The notes below the pieces were generated by a model that did no database searches, was not told the origin of the DNA, and saw only the letters and a program-made list of their open reading frames with translations. Below, piece by piece: positions 33,136 through 43,179 of a stretch of DNA of 64,000 nucleotides; the first letter of the stretch is position 1, and each line of letters opens with the position of its first letter. The translations under genes were made by a program, and so were the position numbers. This stretch comes from an uncultured cyanobacterium (GTDB taxonomy: Bacteria; Cyanobacteriota; Cyanobacteriia; Cyanobacteriales; CAWUOF01), in assembly GCA_963744145.1 (NCBI GenBank), contig CAVUSO010000001.1:3904001-3968000 (forward strand), given 5' to 3'.

Positions 33136-35265
33136 CTATTGACCATTATCGGATGAAGTTAGCTTGACATTTTCTTCCTGGGGAAGAGTAACTTTTTTAT
33201 CCTTTTTATCTGTTTGATTCCACAAAATCATCGTTAACAATCCATCAACTAAACTATTACCACTACCATTAGCACCACCATTGACTAGAATATCTGGAAT
33301 TAACCGAACTTCGCGATCGCCAATAATTTGCATCAACTGCATCGCGGTATAACCTTGCGTTCCCAAAGCTTCCACCCCAGCGCGATAGCTTTCTGCTTTT
33401 GCATTACCTGTAGCGCGAATTCCTTCCGCTTCCCCAACTGCGCGTAACTTAGTAGATTCTGCTTCACCCGTCGCTTGTTGAATTTGCGCTTTAGCTTTTA
33501 ATTGAGCAATAGTTACACCCTGCTCAGATTTAACCATTTCTTGCTGAATATCAGCTAAAGAAGTTTCCCTGACTAATTGCTGACGCTGAGTTTGTGCTTG
33601 TTGCTGAACCTCATAAGTTTTCCGTTGTTCCTCAGCTAATTTACGTTCAGTTTGGGTTTGCATCAGAGACTCTGGTGGTTGAATATCACCAATCAGAGTA
33701 TCAATCGCTTGAACATCATAACTCCGCAACGCTATTTTAATATATTCTGCTGCTTCTGCTTGACGTTCACTACGAGCATTGAGAAAATCTAACACTGAAT
33801 AATCTTGAGCAGAGTTGCGGAAATAATTACCAATACTTGGCTCTAATACATTATCTACCAAATTTTGCATTGCGCCAACTCGTGAGATTACTTTAGGTGC
33901 ATCCAAAGCACCAACATGAATAATTTGAGAGACTTCCAAATCGAAGGCAAAACCATCACTAGAACGTACCGTTAAAGCGGCTAAATTAGCATCATATTTG
34001 TGTCGTTCTATCCGTGCTGACCAATTTAGAACAATGTTGATAGTTGGTACTAATTCGACTTTCATTACCCTTGTATTGAGTGGATGTTTACCAGGATAAA
34101 GAGGCTCAACCCATACACCCTTATTCCCTGGTTTAACCAAATTACCGTGGGTAAAAGCAGCACCACTAACATCTTCTTGAGAGCTACCCACAAAAGAAAT
34201 GACTACTCCCACATAGCCAATCGGAATTTCGGTCATCGGTACTTGTTCAACTTGTACAAACCAAGGATTTAAGTTCCAAGAACCAGATAAAAGAATTTGC
34301 TCTTGTAAACCCCGTCTACCGCGATTTTCGATAAATTTTTGACCATTTTGAAAGTTATCATGATCGGGAACTTGGGCACCCGCAAGTTCTCCTGGTGCAA
34401 TGGGAATACCATCTAAAGCAGTAACAATACCAACTTTATCGGGAGTAAGTGAGTATACTTGTAGCCGCTCTGGACTAATGCCATTCTTAGTGCTATTAGC
34501 TGTCGTAATAACGCTGAATAAAGCTGTGTTAATGCGATAAGTTCCGGCGGTAAGAAAGCCTAGTTGACGACCTCTTTCACCACCGTTAAGTAGAAATTTG
34601 CGAGCATTTTGAAAATCATCACAGTCTACTATTAATTTACCGAGAATTCTTTCTGGTGGAATGGGTGCCCCATCTGCGGCTACGAGCAGAGCAATTTCAC
34701 CTTGGGGTATGACGATCATCGATTCTTTGCGGATCTCATATTGCCAATGCCAAAGGCCCCAATGCCATCCTGGTGCGAGGGTATCTGCTTGATAACCAGC
34801 TTCACCATTAAGAGCAATTAAGCGACCGGGAGGTAGACTGTTTTTTGCAAATTTTTTGGCTACTATTCCCACTTCTCGTTCACTAATTATTACCAGTCCC
34901 GAACCAAAAGCAACAATCCCAACACCACCGATTAAAATAATCGGGAATATGAGCCAAATCAATCCTCCCATATCCATTGCTTGGTATTGAATCTGGTTAT
35001 TTTGTGGTTCGGTTGTGTTGGTTTGGGGGCGATCGCTACTAACTAGATCCGCTGTTTGGGTAATTGGATTTGGTTGGTTTGGGCTAGGTATTTGAGCTGA
35101 AGTCGGTTTGACACCAATAGCACAAATAGTTAAGGTTAATACTAAAGATGCTACTAGCTGTGGTTGACCGTGATTTTTGCTGTCAGAATAATGTTTAATC
35201 TTTGGTAAAAACTTTGTTAAACTTTTCATATTTTTGATCATCAAAAAAAGTTGTTTGTTGGTCAA
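33136..35265 (-). CDS. SPFH/band-7 (flotillin-like) membrane protein
   Basis: TM helix, repeated GxQ..L.PG units, SPFH domain (VRSSDGF...YFRNSAQ), Ala/Glu-rich coiled tail. Confidence 0.85.
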   Translation of the reverse strand: MTNKQLFLMIKNMKSLTKFLPKIKHYSDSKNHGQPQLVASLVLTLTICAIGVKPTSAQIPSPNQPNPITQTADLVSSDRPQTNTTEPQNNQIQYQAMDMGGLIWLIFPIILIGGVGIVAFGSGLVIISEREVGIVAKKFAKNSLPPGRLIALNGEAGYQADTLAPGWHWGLWHWQYEIRKESMIVIPQGEIALLVAADGAPIPPERILGKLIVDCDDFQNARKFLLNGGERGRQLGFLTAGTYRINTALFSVITTANSTKNGISPERLQVYSLTPDKVGIVTALDGIPIAPGELAGAQVPDHDNFQNGQKFIENRGRRGLQEQILLSGSWNLNPWFVQVEQVPMTEIPIGYVGVVISFVGSSQEDVSGAAFTHGNLVKPGNKGVWVEPLYPGKHPLNTRVMKVELVPTINIVLNWSARIERHKYDANLAALTVRSSDGFAFDLEVSQIIHVGALDAPKVISRVGAMQNLVDNVLEPSIGNYFRNSAQDYSVLDFLNARSERQAEAAEYIKIALRSYDVQAIDTLIGDIQPPESLMQTQTERKLAEEQRKTYEVQQQAQTQRQQLVRETSLADIQQEMVKSEQGVTIAQLKAKAQIQQATGEAESTKLRAVGEAEGIRATGNAKAESYRAGVEALGTQGYTAMQLMQIIGDREVRLIPDILVNGGANGSGNSLVDGLLTMILWNQTDKKDKKVTLPQEENVKLTSSDNGQ

Positions 35266-35500
35266 TCTAGCAATGCCCCTAAACTTTTAGAGGCTGTTTC
35301 CAGAATTATAACCAATTTGTTAAACAACTGTCGATGATGTAAAAATGCCTTTACTGCCAATTTAAAGTTTTTTCTTCATATTTGTAAACTTTTGTTGCAG
35401 AAAAACCTGTTTATTTGCCTATCCTACTTAAATTTAGGACAAGGTTTTTTTTGAGCAAAGGTTTAAAAGTTTATAGTTAGATTATAGCCACGATAATAAT

Positions 35501-35530
35501 GTAGGGGCGCAAGAGCTTTTGCGCCCCTAC
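35501..35530. repeat. GTAG-type REP-like hairpin (possible terminator)
   Basis: gtaggggcgcaa gagctt ttgcgcccctac. Confidence 0.75.
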
Positions 35531-35534
35531 TATG

Positions 35535-36200
35535 TTAGTGATTAGGTTTTGTTTCTTGTGTTTGAACAGCAATAACTGAACTCCAGTCATCATTTTTTAC
35601 TGCTGCTTCTAAATTACGACGCTGTTCATCTTCATTAAGTACGATCGCTTCCGTTTCTTTAGTTAGAGTAGTATCAGCCATTGCTTTACGCAATTTGAGT
35701 TTTTTCTCTTCATAAACTTGGCGTTCCGCTTCGGTCATTGCTGCTTTAGCAATTTCACCAATTGTACTAACCCATGTTCCGTTTACATCAGCATTACCTG
35801 GGGGAATATAATCTAATTCTGCTAACCAGCGATCGCGCACTTTTTCCATTTCCTCTCGTTTGGGAAATTTGAAGGTCTGTACTTGCACAAAAGCACATTT
35901 TTCTACCCCATTTTCAGCTAGATGTCCATTGAGAGACAAGAGAACGTTTCTGGAATAGTTTATATACTGAGTATGGCGCTTACTATCTAAAACCGCATAA
36001 ACCCCAGCCACCTTTGCATTGGTACTGCGATCGCGCCAAACATCAATCGGTAATACTTCTGTGCCACCATTATTTTCTCCATCGAGAACAGTCACAGTAG
36101 CACTATGTTCATCATCAGAACTATATAAAAAACCATGTAGTCCTTGATGGGCGATCGGGACATTTTGGTGTTCTATTGACAAATCTTTATTTGTTTCCAT
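35535..36200 (-). CDS. GIY-YIG-like domain protein
   Basis: AGVYAVLD...QYINYSRNV motif and PPGN. Confidence 0.7.
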   Translation of the reverse strand: METNKDLSIEHQNVPIAHQGLHGFLYSSDDEHSATVTVLDGENNGGTEVLPIDVWRDRSTNAKVAGVYAVLDSKRHTQYINYSRNVLLSLNGHLAENGVEKCAFVQVQTFKFPKREEMEKVRDRWLAELDYIPPGNADVNGTWVSTIGEIAKAAMTEAERQVYEEKKLKLRKAMADTTLTKETEAIVLNEDEQRRNLEAAVKNDDWSSVIAVQTQETKPNH

Positions 36201-36381
36201 TTGTTTAGATTTTTTACACTGAAAAATATTTTATCATTACTTGTCATTTTTATTCCCATTGGCGGCAAGCGAATATAAGAAAAAAAATCTCTAAATCCTC
36301 CCAAATCTCAACCTGTATGCTACAATATAATTGTGAGAAAAAATCACAAGGCACTATCGATAAACCCTATCTAAACAGGGG

Positions 36382-36729
36382 ATGAAAATAATGCTAACGA
36401 ACAAAATTTGCATCCAGACTGGTTGGCTTGGATACGCTGATTACCACTTCAATCGTTTTAGCCCACGGGTAGCAACTCTATCAAGTGCCTCAAATCCAAA
36501 CCACTGGAAATATGGCTTTCTTACTTATATTGCTTATCCCAATAAAGTAGCAGCTACAAACGCAATGAAACATCTACTCAAATCGGGTTTAGTTGATGAT
36601 GTAGATATGCGTAAAGCTGATCGGATGAAAGTTAAGGGAATGCGTTGGGAACTAAAAATCCGAGGAATGTCCCTAGAACAAGTAATCGAGCTAGCTCAAC
36701 GAGACAAACCAGTGAAGGTTGCGGCTTAA
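36382..36729 (+). CDS. Hypothetical basic protein
   Basis: 115-aa ORF; TACAAT -10-like box near 36321. Confidence 0.5.
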   Translation: MKIMLTNKICIQTGWLGYADYHFNRFSPRVATLSSASNPNHWKYGFLTYIAYPNKVAATNAMKHLLKSGLVDDVDMRKADRMKVKGMRWELKIRGMSLEQVIELAQRDKPVKVAA

Positions 36730-36893
36730 ATTTAACATCGGTTTGACGAAGCTAAAAGATAGGTAGTCCCTGGACAACAAAAGAAGGGCGAAGCATTCGG
36801 ATATAAATATTAACCGCCCTTCGACTTCGCTCAGGGTAAAATTTGAGTAATAAATTGTCGCCCGAATGCTTCGCCCCTACACTTAACCGAACC

Positions 36894-36985
36894 GGCGTTG
36901 TTGATTTACGGTATGAATAAATAATTTGTAGGGGCGTATTGCCATACGCCCCTACAGGATTTTCATACCCCGATTAAGCAACGCC
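36894..36985. mobile_element. 92-bp MITE with GGCGTTG termini and one REP hairpin
   Basis: Termini ggcgttg...caacgcc; perfect 8-bp target duplication ACCGAACC at 36886-36893 and 36986-36993; internal gtaggggcgtat...atacgcccctac. Confidence 0.85.
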
Positions 36986-37002
36986 ACCGAACCCTATTGG
37001 TG

Positions 37003-39375
37003 CTAGTCCGACCAATTATCACCTGTGTTAGAATAGATGTGAGCATCCAAGCGCATCCCTAAACGCTCAAACGCTTCAGAAGCTTCTGCTGCCCACTTCT
37101 GAAATTGAGTAAAATTTCCCTTTAACCTTTCTAGCCTAGCAAAAGACCGCTGATGCAAAGCAATAGAACGCCGATCGTTTTTCCTTTCAGCAATAGGCAA
37201 ACTAATCTTTAATAACCGCTCCGCTTCATCAGGATCATTTTGAGCGATCGCGACTTCTGCTAACCAATTCAAAATATAAACTTCCATCTGTTGCCATTGA
37301 ATAAAACCCGCCTGTTTCAATGCCTCCTGATAAACCAATTTAGCATCTGCCAAATCCCCCGTTTTCAATAGTACCTGAGCCTCATAATATAAAATTCTTA
37401 CCAACTGACAATAATACTTTCCCTCTTCAATCTGCCCTTGTTTTAACAACTCTTTCTCTACATTTAGCCAATAACGCGCTCTTTCAAATTGTTGCTGATG
37501 GATAGCAAGCACCGCTCGATTAATCGCTAATTCCAATTGAAAAATTAGATTATTCTCATCTTTTAATTGCCAAGATTTTTCCAACAAAACCTCAGCATCT
37601 ACTAAATGTTCTGGCTGTTCCATTAATGTTAGTGTCCAACCTTTATCGCCCAAAGCTTCTGCTTGTACAGGCAAATCATTTTGCTCTGTTGCTGCCATTA
37701 ATAACCAATCACTCCAAGTTAAACGCTCGTGCCAATATCCGCAAACATAAGTGTAACCCTTTACTCGCTGCCAAAATTTCTTAAAAGGTTCATATAAGTG
37801 GTGAGCCATACAATATTCGATCGCAGTAGTTAAGTTCTCCCACTCTTGCTCTAAATTTCCATATTCGTTCCACTGTTTCCAATCTAATTGAGCATCAACT
37901 TCAGTAAATTTTAGATACCAATTCACCCAACGCGATCGCGCCTTGTGTTCAAATTCTGGTAATTCTTTCAGTTCATTTACTACATATTCGCGAGTTAGAG
38001 GTAGCATACTATAACGTCCCTCTCGCTGGGTAACTAAACACAATTTATAGAGTTGTTCTAAGCCATTATTCGACTTAGTTTCTATTTCCGAAAAAGCTAC
38101 CGCGTATATTGCCTCTGGCACGACTGAATGAGAAAATATAGCTAGTGCCATCAGCAATTGATAAGCTAAAGTTCCCCGTAGTAGCCGCACTGAATCTTCA
38201 AAACAATAGCGAGAAAAATCGCCGACTGTATCAGCTAATCGTGCTGAGATCACCTCCGGTGAAAAACCGTAAACGGATACTTGACCAATTGCGTAAACAG
38301 CAGCAAGGGGTAGTCCTCCTGTTTTTAAGTAGAGAGTTTGTAACTGTTCTAAGCTTAAATTAACTCCTTTTTCTTCAGCGTGTAATTGAATCAGATTCTT
38401 TCCTTCTTCTTCCGGTAAGCAATCTAAATGAATGGGAACTCCTACCCCGATGCGGACGCGACTTGTGAGTACCACTTTTACTGACGGTGGGAGTTCTCCG
38501 ATAAAAGAAAGAACATCCTCTTGATCTTCAATTGTTTCTAAATTGTCGATAATTAATAAAGTTTGCTGCTGGTTTAAACAGGTTCTAATCCACTCTAACT
38601 GCGCCTCAAAATCTGGAGGAATACTGTCAAGGTAATCTAAAGTACGAAAAATTGTTTTGAAGATATCGCGCAAAGTTCGCTCTCTTTGAAGTCGCCGTGA
38701 GATGTTGATACCGATAAAATGTTGAGTTTTGGCACAGGTGAAAATTATGGCATTAAAAGCGGGTGAATCCGTTGTAGTTATAGAAATTTGACTCGAATTT
38801 AAACAATAGTAAGCTGCTTCTAAAACTAAAGCTGTTTTGCCAACACCTCCTACACCTTCAATGCTGATAATAGGGGTGGGATGTTTAAAGGAAAGTAATT
38901 CTAAGAGTCGCGATAGATATTGTTGTTGACCCAAAAAAGTGGTGTGGTAACGAGATGGCAGGTTGTGGTAAAGATGGTTTTTTGCTACAGCTTTGTCTAA
39001 TGGTGTTCTTGTTAGTTGGGAAGTGGAGGCGATCGCCATCTGTACCAACTCTGCATTGATGGTATTAGTGGTGCGATCGCCTACTAATTCCGGCTTATAT
39101 TCAGCGATCAGGTGCATTAATTTCTCTCGCTGCGAGAAACGTTCCCCCTGTAAGTTTTTCAAGCCAAAGGCGCTGCATATCTCCTCAATGTGTTTCCGTA
39201 CTGTTGAGGGGGTGATGCAGAGTTCGGAGGCGATCGCCGCATCTGTTTTGCCAGCTAACAGGTGTGTGAGTACCTCTCTCCTGCGAACTGTCAAGCCATA
39301 AAATGTTGCCTGGAATTTTTCTAAATTCATGCCTTTGTCGCTGTTATTGGTCATATTTGTGTACTCTGCATACAC
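37003..39375 (-). CDS. LuxR-type HTH / NB-ARC (STAND) ATPase / TPR-like protein
   Basis: LTVRRREVL...IASELCITPSTVRKH helix-turn-helix; Walker A GVGGVGKT, Walker B LLIIDNLE, GGLPLA; helical C-terminal repeats. Confidence 0.88.
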   Translation of the reverse strand: MYAEYTNMTNNSDKGMNLEKFQATFYGLTVRRREVLTHLLAGKTDAAIASELCITPSTVRKHIEEICSAFGLKNLQGERFSQREKLMHLIAEYKPELVGDRTTNTINAELVQMAIASTSQLTRTPLDKAVAKNHLYHNLPSRYHTTFLGQQQYLSRLLELLSFKHPTPIISIEGVGGVGKTALVLEAAYYCLNSSQISITTTDSPAFNAIIFTCAKTQHFIGINISRRLQRERTLRDIFKTIFRTLDYLDSIPPDFEAQLEWIRTCLNQQQTLLIIDNLETIEDQEDVLSFIGELPPSVKVVLTSRVRIGVGVPIHLDCLPEEEGKNLIQLHAEEKGVNLSLEQLQTLYLKTGGLPLAAVYAIGQVSVYGFSPEVISARLADTVGDFSRYCFEDSVRLLRGTLAYQLLMALAIFSHSVVPEAIYAVAFSEIETKSNNGLEQLYKLCLVTQREGRYSMLPLTREYVVNELKELPEFEHKARSRWVNWYLKFTEVDAQLDWKQWNEYGNLEQEWENLTTAIEYCMAHHLYEPFKKFWQRVKGYTYVCGYWHERLTWSDWLLMAATEQNDLPVQAEALGDKGWTLTLMEQPEHLVDAEVLLEKSWQLKDENNLIFQLELAINRAVLAIHQQQFERARYWLNVEKELLKQGQIEEGKYYCQLVRILYYEAQVLLKTGDLADAKLVYQEALKQAGFIQWQQMEVYILNWLAEVAIAQNDPDEAERLLKISLPIAERKNDRRSIALHQRSFARLERLKGNFTQFQKWAAEASEAFERLGMRLDAHIYSNTGDNWSD

Positions 39376-39469
39376 AAATTATAAGCCTGTGAGTCTTTCT
39401 TTCGCACCTTCACTGTTCCCCAAAAGTTTGTGATTTATTGAAATTATAGAACTCCCAGGGAAAACGCCT

Positions 39470-39685
39470 ATGAACAACTCATTTACTGTTGACAAACCAG
39501 AGATATTTTCAGAACCTCTGATTGGTATTGTCGATGAAGCGATCGCCCCCCAACAACCAGAACGCATTAGGTCTCACTCTAGTTATTGGCCTGCGAAGTT
39601 ATTCCCATCTAATTCTCCTATTATCTTATCACCTGAAAAAAACGTAAAGGTAGTGGGAGTACAAGGAATTACGCTGCTCGTTTAA
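39470..39685 (+). CDS. Small hypothetical protein
   Basis: 71-aa ATG ORF fitting between the NB-ARC and VOC genes. Confidence 0.4.
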   Translation: MNNSFTVDKPEIFSEPLIGIVDEAIAPQQPERIRSHSSYWPAKLFPSNSPIILSPEKNVKVVGVQGITLLV

Positions 39686-39723
39686 CCCTTTTGACTTCAA
39701 TCAATATCTAATCTTAGTTTACC

Positions 39724-40152
39724 ATGAATCCAGTTTTATTTCACATCGCTTTTCCTGTTACCAACATTCACGAAACTAAAACTTTCTATGTTGATGGTTT
39801 AGGCTGTCAAGAAGGTCGAGAAATGGCTAAGGCTCTCATATTAAACCTATACGATCATCAGATTGTAGCTCACGTTGTTTCTGAACCAATCCCAGAGCAA
39901 AAAGGTATTTATCCTAGACATTTTGGCTTATTATTTACTGCGGAATCTGATTGGGAGTGCTTGTTAAATAAGGTGCGATCGCAACGATTAAAGTTTTATC
40001 AAGAACCCCGTTGTCGATTTTCTGGTTCTTTGATTGAACATCGCACTTTTTTCCTAGAAGACCCCTTTAAAAATTTCCTAGAGTTTAAATATTATTGTCA
40101 CTCTGAAGCAATTTTTGAGACTCGCGAATTGAGTTTGATAGGTGATGTCTAA
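39724..40152 (+). CDS. VOC/glyoxalase family protein
   Basis: FHIAFPV, FYVDGLGC, PRHFG and FLEDPFKNFLEFK motifs. Confidence 0.9.
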   Translation: MNPVLFHIAFPVTNIHETKTFYVDGLGCQEGREMAKALILNLYDHQIVAHVVSEPIPEQKGIYPRHFGLLFTAESDWECLLNKVRSQRLKFYQEPRCRFSGSLIEHRTFFLEDPFKNFLEFKYYCHSEAIFETRELSLIGDV

Positions 40153-40193
40153 GCTAGATATTCCTCATTATTCATCCGATTAGGAGATTTATT

Positions 40194-40466
40194 ATGTGTC
40201 CATATCAAAATAATAACAACCTCAAAAAATTGCCCTGTAGTTGGAATCCGCACCCTCAAGATCCTAATATTCGTATTTGCGATGTGTGCCAGAAATATTA
40301 CGAAGTTGATAAACTGATTAATTCTTTTCAAGGAGTACATTCATGGATTGTTTTGGCGATTATTTTCTTACTATTTGTGAATATTTTTTCCTCTCAATCG
40401 TCTAAAGAAAATGGGCCCAGAGATTCTAATCCGATTCAGCAGATGAAATCGCAGCTACACAAATAA
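40194..40466 (+). CDS. Small Cys-motif membrane protein
   Basis: MCP...PC...CDVC followed by one hydrophobic helix. Confidence 0.5.
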   Translation: MCPYQNNNNLKKLPCSWNPHPQDPNIRICDVCQKYYEVDKLINSFQGVHSWIVLAIIFLLFVNIFSSQSSKENGPRDSNPIQQMKSQLHK

Positions 40467-40580
40467 TGTTCGATCCTACGCGGACTAAATACACTAAAGA
40501 AACCGGGTATTTATAATTTACCCGGTTTGTTATTTAGAGCAACTTAGTAATGACAAATAAATAACTTGACAGTTTGGTTC

Positions 40581-40614
40581 GTAGTAAGCGCTTTAGCGCT
40601 AAAGCGCTTACTAC
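40581..40614. repeat. Perfect 34-bp palindrome (GTAG-type REP; possible bidirectional terminator)
   Basis: gtagtaagcgctttagc|gctaaagcgcttactac between convergent genes. Confidence 0.8.
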
Positions 40615-40671
40615 AAGCAAGCAAATTATTTAATTTCTATTCCTTACTGCAAGCAAGCTAGTTATTTAATT

Positions 40672-41839
40672 TCAATCCCTATAGATGACATAATCTTCTG
40701 TGAAACAGTCATCTCCTAGAACTGTTTTAACAGTAAAAGTCTCTCCGGGTTCCCCCTGGAAATTTAGTTGAATCCAATTATCAGCAGTTCTCGATTTAGC
40801 TTCGAGAAAAACCTCTCCTGAGTGATCGAGTACAATCAGTTGCAAATCTGGCGGGAGGTAAGTTGATTCACCAGTCGGATAAATCTGTAAAAGAATATCG
40901 CGCTTTTCATCTGCTTCTAATTCAATATCGTTAATCAAAGCCAGTGGTGCTTCTTGATCGCCTAATTCAACAAGTTTTACTACTCTTATTTTGGCTTTTG
41001 GGCTTTCAGCATCAGCGCCACGACCGCGGGTTGTTGATGCAAATCTGTACCTTAAATTAGGGCTGAAAGCTTGAGCATACTGGGGCGAATTTAAGGTTGA
41101 TTCAATTTCTTGCAAGAAGGATTCAACGGTTTGCCGACCAGCATCTAAGGTCTTTTTTCCGAACTCTAAAACGTCCTGAAATAATTTATTGATATTGACA
41201 AATTGCTGAACATGATTTGCAATCTGAGGGGTGAGGATGACTTTGTTGCCCAGGTTTCGCAGCCGTGGGGAGTTACGCAGGGACTCGGTATCGTAAACAT
41301 CGAGGGCTGCACCAGCAATTTTACCTGTTTCTAAGGCGTCAATTAATGCCGCTTCATCTACCAGTTTTTTGTCTGTACAATTGATTAAGCGAGCAGTGTT
41401 TTTCATCTTGGCAAATGCTTCTGCATTGATGAAGTTTACTCGCTCTGGGGTGAGGGGCAAGTGGAGGGTGATATAGTCGGATTGTGTGAGGAGGGAGTCT
41501 AAACTAACGGCGCGATCGCCTAGTATTTGCTCTTCTTCATCGGGAGAGTAAACTAGCACTTCCATGTCCAAATGCTTGTGCCACATTTGCCACATGGGAA
41601 CCTACTTCGCCAAAACCAATAATACCGAGGGTTTGACCGGAAATTGTCCCACCAGTGAATTTCTCTGGCTGCCATTGACCGTTTAATATGGATTGGTGGG
41701 CTTCTGGGAGTTGGTAGGATAGGGACAATAACAGACCGATGACGTATTCGGCTGTCGATGTGGTTGAGGGGTTGGCTTTTTGCAGGATGGGCTTTGGCAT
41801 AGTTACAGAAGTGGTAGTTTCAATCAAATTCGTAGGCAT
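40672..41839 (-). CDS. Inactive D-2-hydroxyacid dehydrogenase NAD-binding domain fused to a DUF1822-type C-terminal domain; +1 frameshift near 41568
   Basis: Two ORFs join at AF-(G/D)-MEVLVY (1168 bp = 389 codons + 1). GIIGFGEVG is retained. The C-terminus YLPPDLQLIVLD..GEVFLEAKSRTADNWIQLNFQGEPGE matches that of 59574-60935. Confidence 0.8.
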
Positions 41840-41999
41840 TTGTGCCCACACTTAAGCTGTGCGGATTTGCAGGTTTGTCAACGAATTTGTAGCTTTTTCT
41901 AGCTGCTCTTTAAGTTTAGCATAAAATACTTGGATTTTGACGATAGATAGATAATAGTGTTTAGTGTCTTTACCTGTTCTCAGAATTTTTAATCAGGTT

Positions 42000-42962
42000 A
42001 TGCAGAAAAAAGTTTTGGTCATCAGCAAAATCCACCCAGAGGGGATTACCGAGTTAGAAAAGTTTGCCTTAGTAGATGAAAAAATTGGTTTGTCCTTTGA
42101 CAAAATTTCAGAAATTATTGATCAATATGATGCTGTGGTTTTGCGATCGGGGACAGATCATTTAAAGCATGCAACCGTGTTGGAGGCGGGAAAGAGGGGA
42201 AAATTGCGAGTTGTAGGATTGGCGCAGACAGGGACAGATAATGTTGATCTTGAAACTGCCGAACGGTTAGGGATTAGGGTGCTTAATTCTAATGCTAATG
42301 ATATTTCTACGGCTGAATTAGTTTTAGGTCTGATGTTCAATTTAGCTCGACATATTATCGCGGCACAACAAGCACTATTAAATGGAGACTGGGAGGACCG
42401 TAATGGCAGTTTATTGGGAATAGAACTTTCTGGAAAAACACTGGGAATTATTGGGTTAGGCAATATCGGTCAAAAGGTGGCAAAAAGAGCGAAAGGAGGT
42501 ATTGAAATGAAGATTATGGCATATAATCGTAATCGTGAAAATGTGGCGAATTTAGCTAGCGAAAGGGGTTATATTTTATCGAGTTTAGATGAACTGTTGG
42601 AAAAATCTGATATTATTACTTTACACATTCCTTTGACAGAGGAAACGAGGAATTTAATTAATGCAGCAGCTATAGATAGGATGAAACCAACTGCTTTTAT
42701 TATCAATTGTGCTCGCGGTGGAATTGTGAATGAGGCAGATTTGTTGAAGGCGTTGGAGTCTAATCGAATTGCGGGTGCTGCTTTGGATGTTTTTGAGCAG
42801 GAACCTCTGCCAGATAATTCGCCTTTGAGAGAGTTTGCTAGGAGGAGTAATAAATTGTATTTGAGTCCGCATTTGGGTTCGGGTACATACGATGCACAGC
42901 GGAAAGTTGCGATCGATGTGGTCAGGCAGATTTGTAGATATTTATGCGGGGAAGATTTGTAA
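42000..42962 (+). CDS. D-3-phosphoglycerate dehydrogenase-like hydroxyacid dehydrogenase without ACT domain
   Basis: GTDNVD, GIIGLGNIG, and catalytic NCARGG, DVFEQEP, SPHLG; about 320 aa. Confidence 0.88.
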   Translation: MQKKVLVISKIHPEGITELEKFALVDEKIGLSFDKISEIIDQYDAVVLRSGTDHLKHATVLEAGKRGKLRVVGLAQTGTDNVDLETAERLGIRVLNSNANDISTAELVLGLMFNLARHIIAAQQALLNGDWEDRNGSLLGIELSGKTLGIIGLGNIGQKVAKRAKGGIEMKIMAYNRNRENVANLASERGYILSSLDELLEKSDIITLHIPLTEETRNLINAAAIDRMKPTAFIINCARGGIVNEADLLKALESNRIAGAALDVFEQEPLPDNSPLREFARRSNKLYLSPHLGSGTYDAQRKVAIDVVRQICRYLCGEDL

Positions 42963-43179
42963 GTATTTATATGGTCGGGTAAAAATGTGATATTTTATAC
43001 TAAATAGTATCACTTATTCATTTCTATCTTAAACGTCAAGAAAATGGCCCTAAATATTTACTTCTAACTCCACCGATTGCAATATTTCAGCTAATTAAAC
43101 AGGTAAACTTAGAAAAATTTAGCGGATGCACTAATCCTAACCCTTACCTTTGATAGGAGTCAGGGAAAGTCCAATGATT

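Noticed and set aside
42000..42962. Calling this gene serA
   Set aside because: It lacks the C-terminal ASB/ACT domains of typical cyanobacterial SerA and sits in an accessory island; the substrate cannot be determined from sequence.
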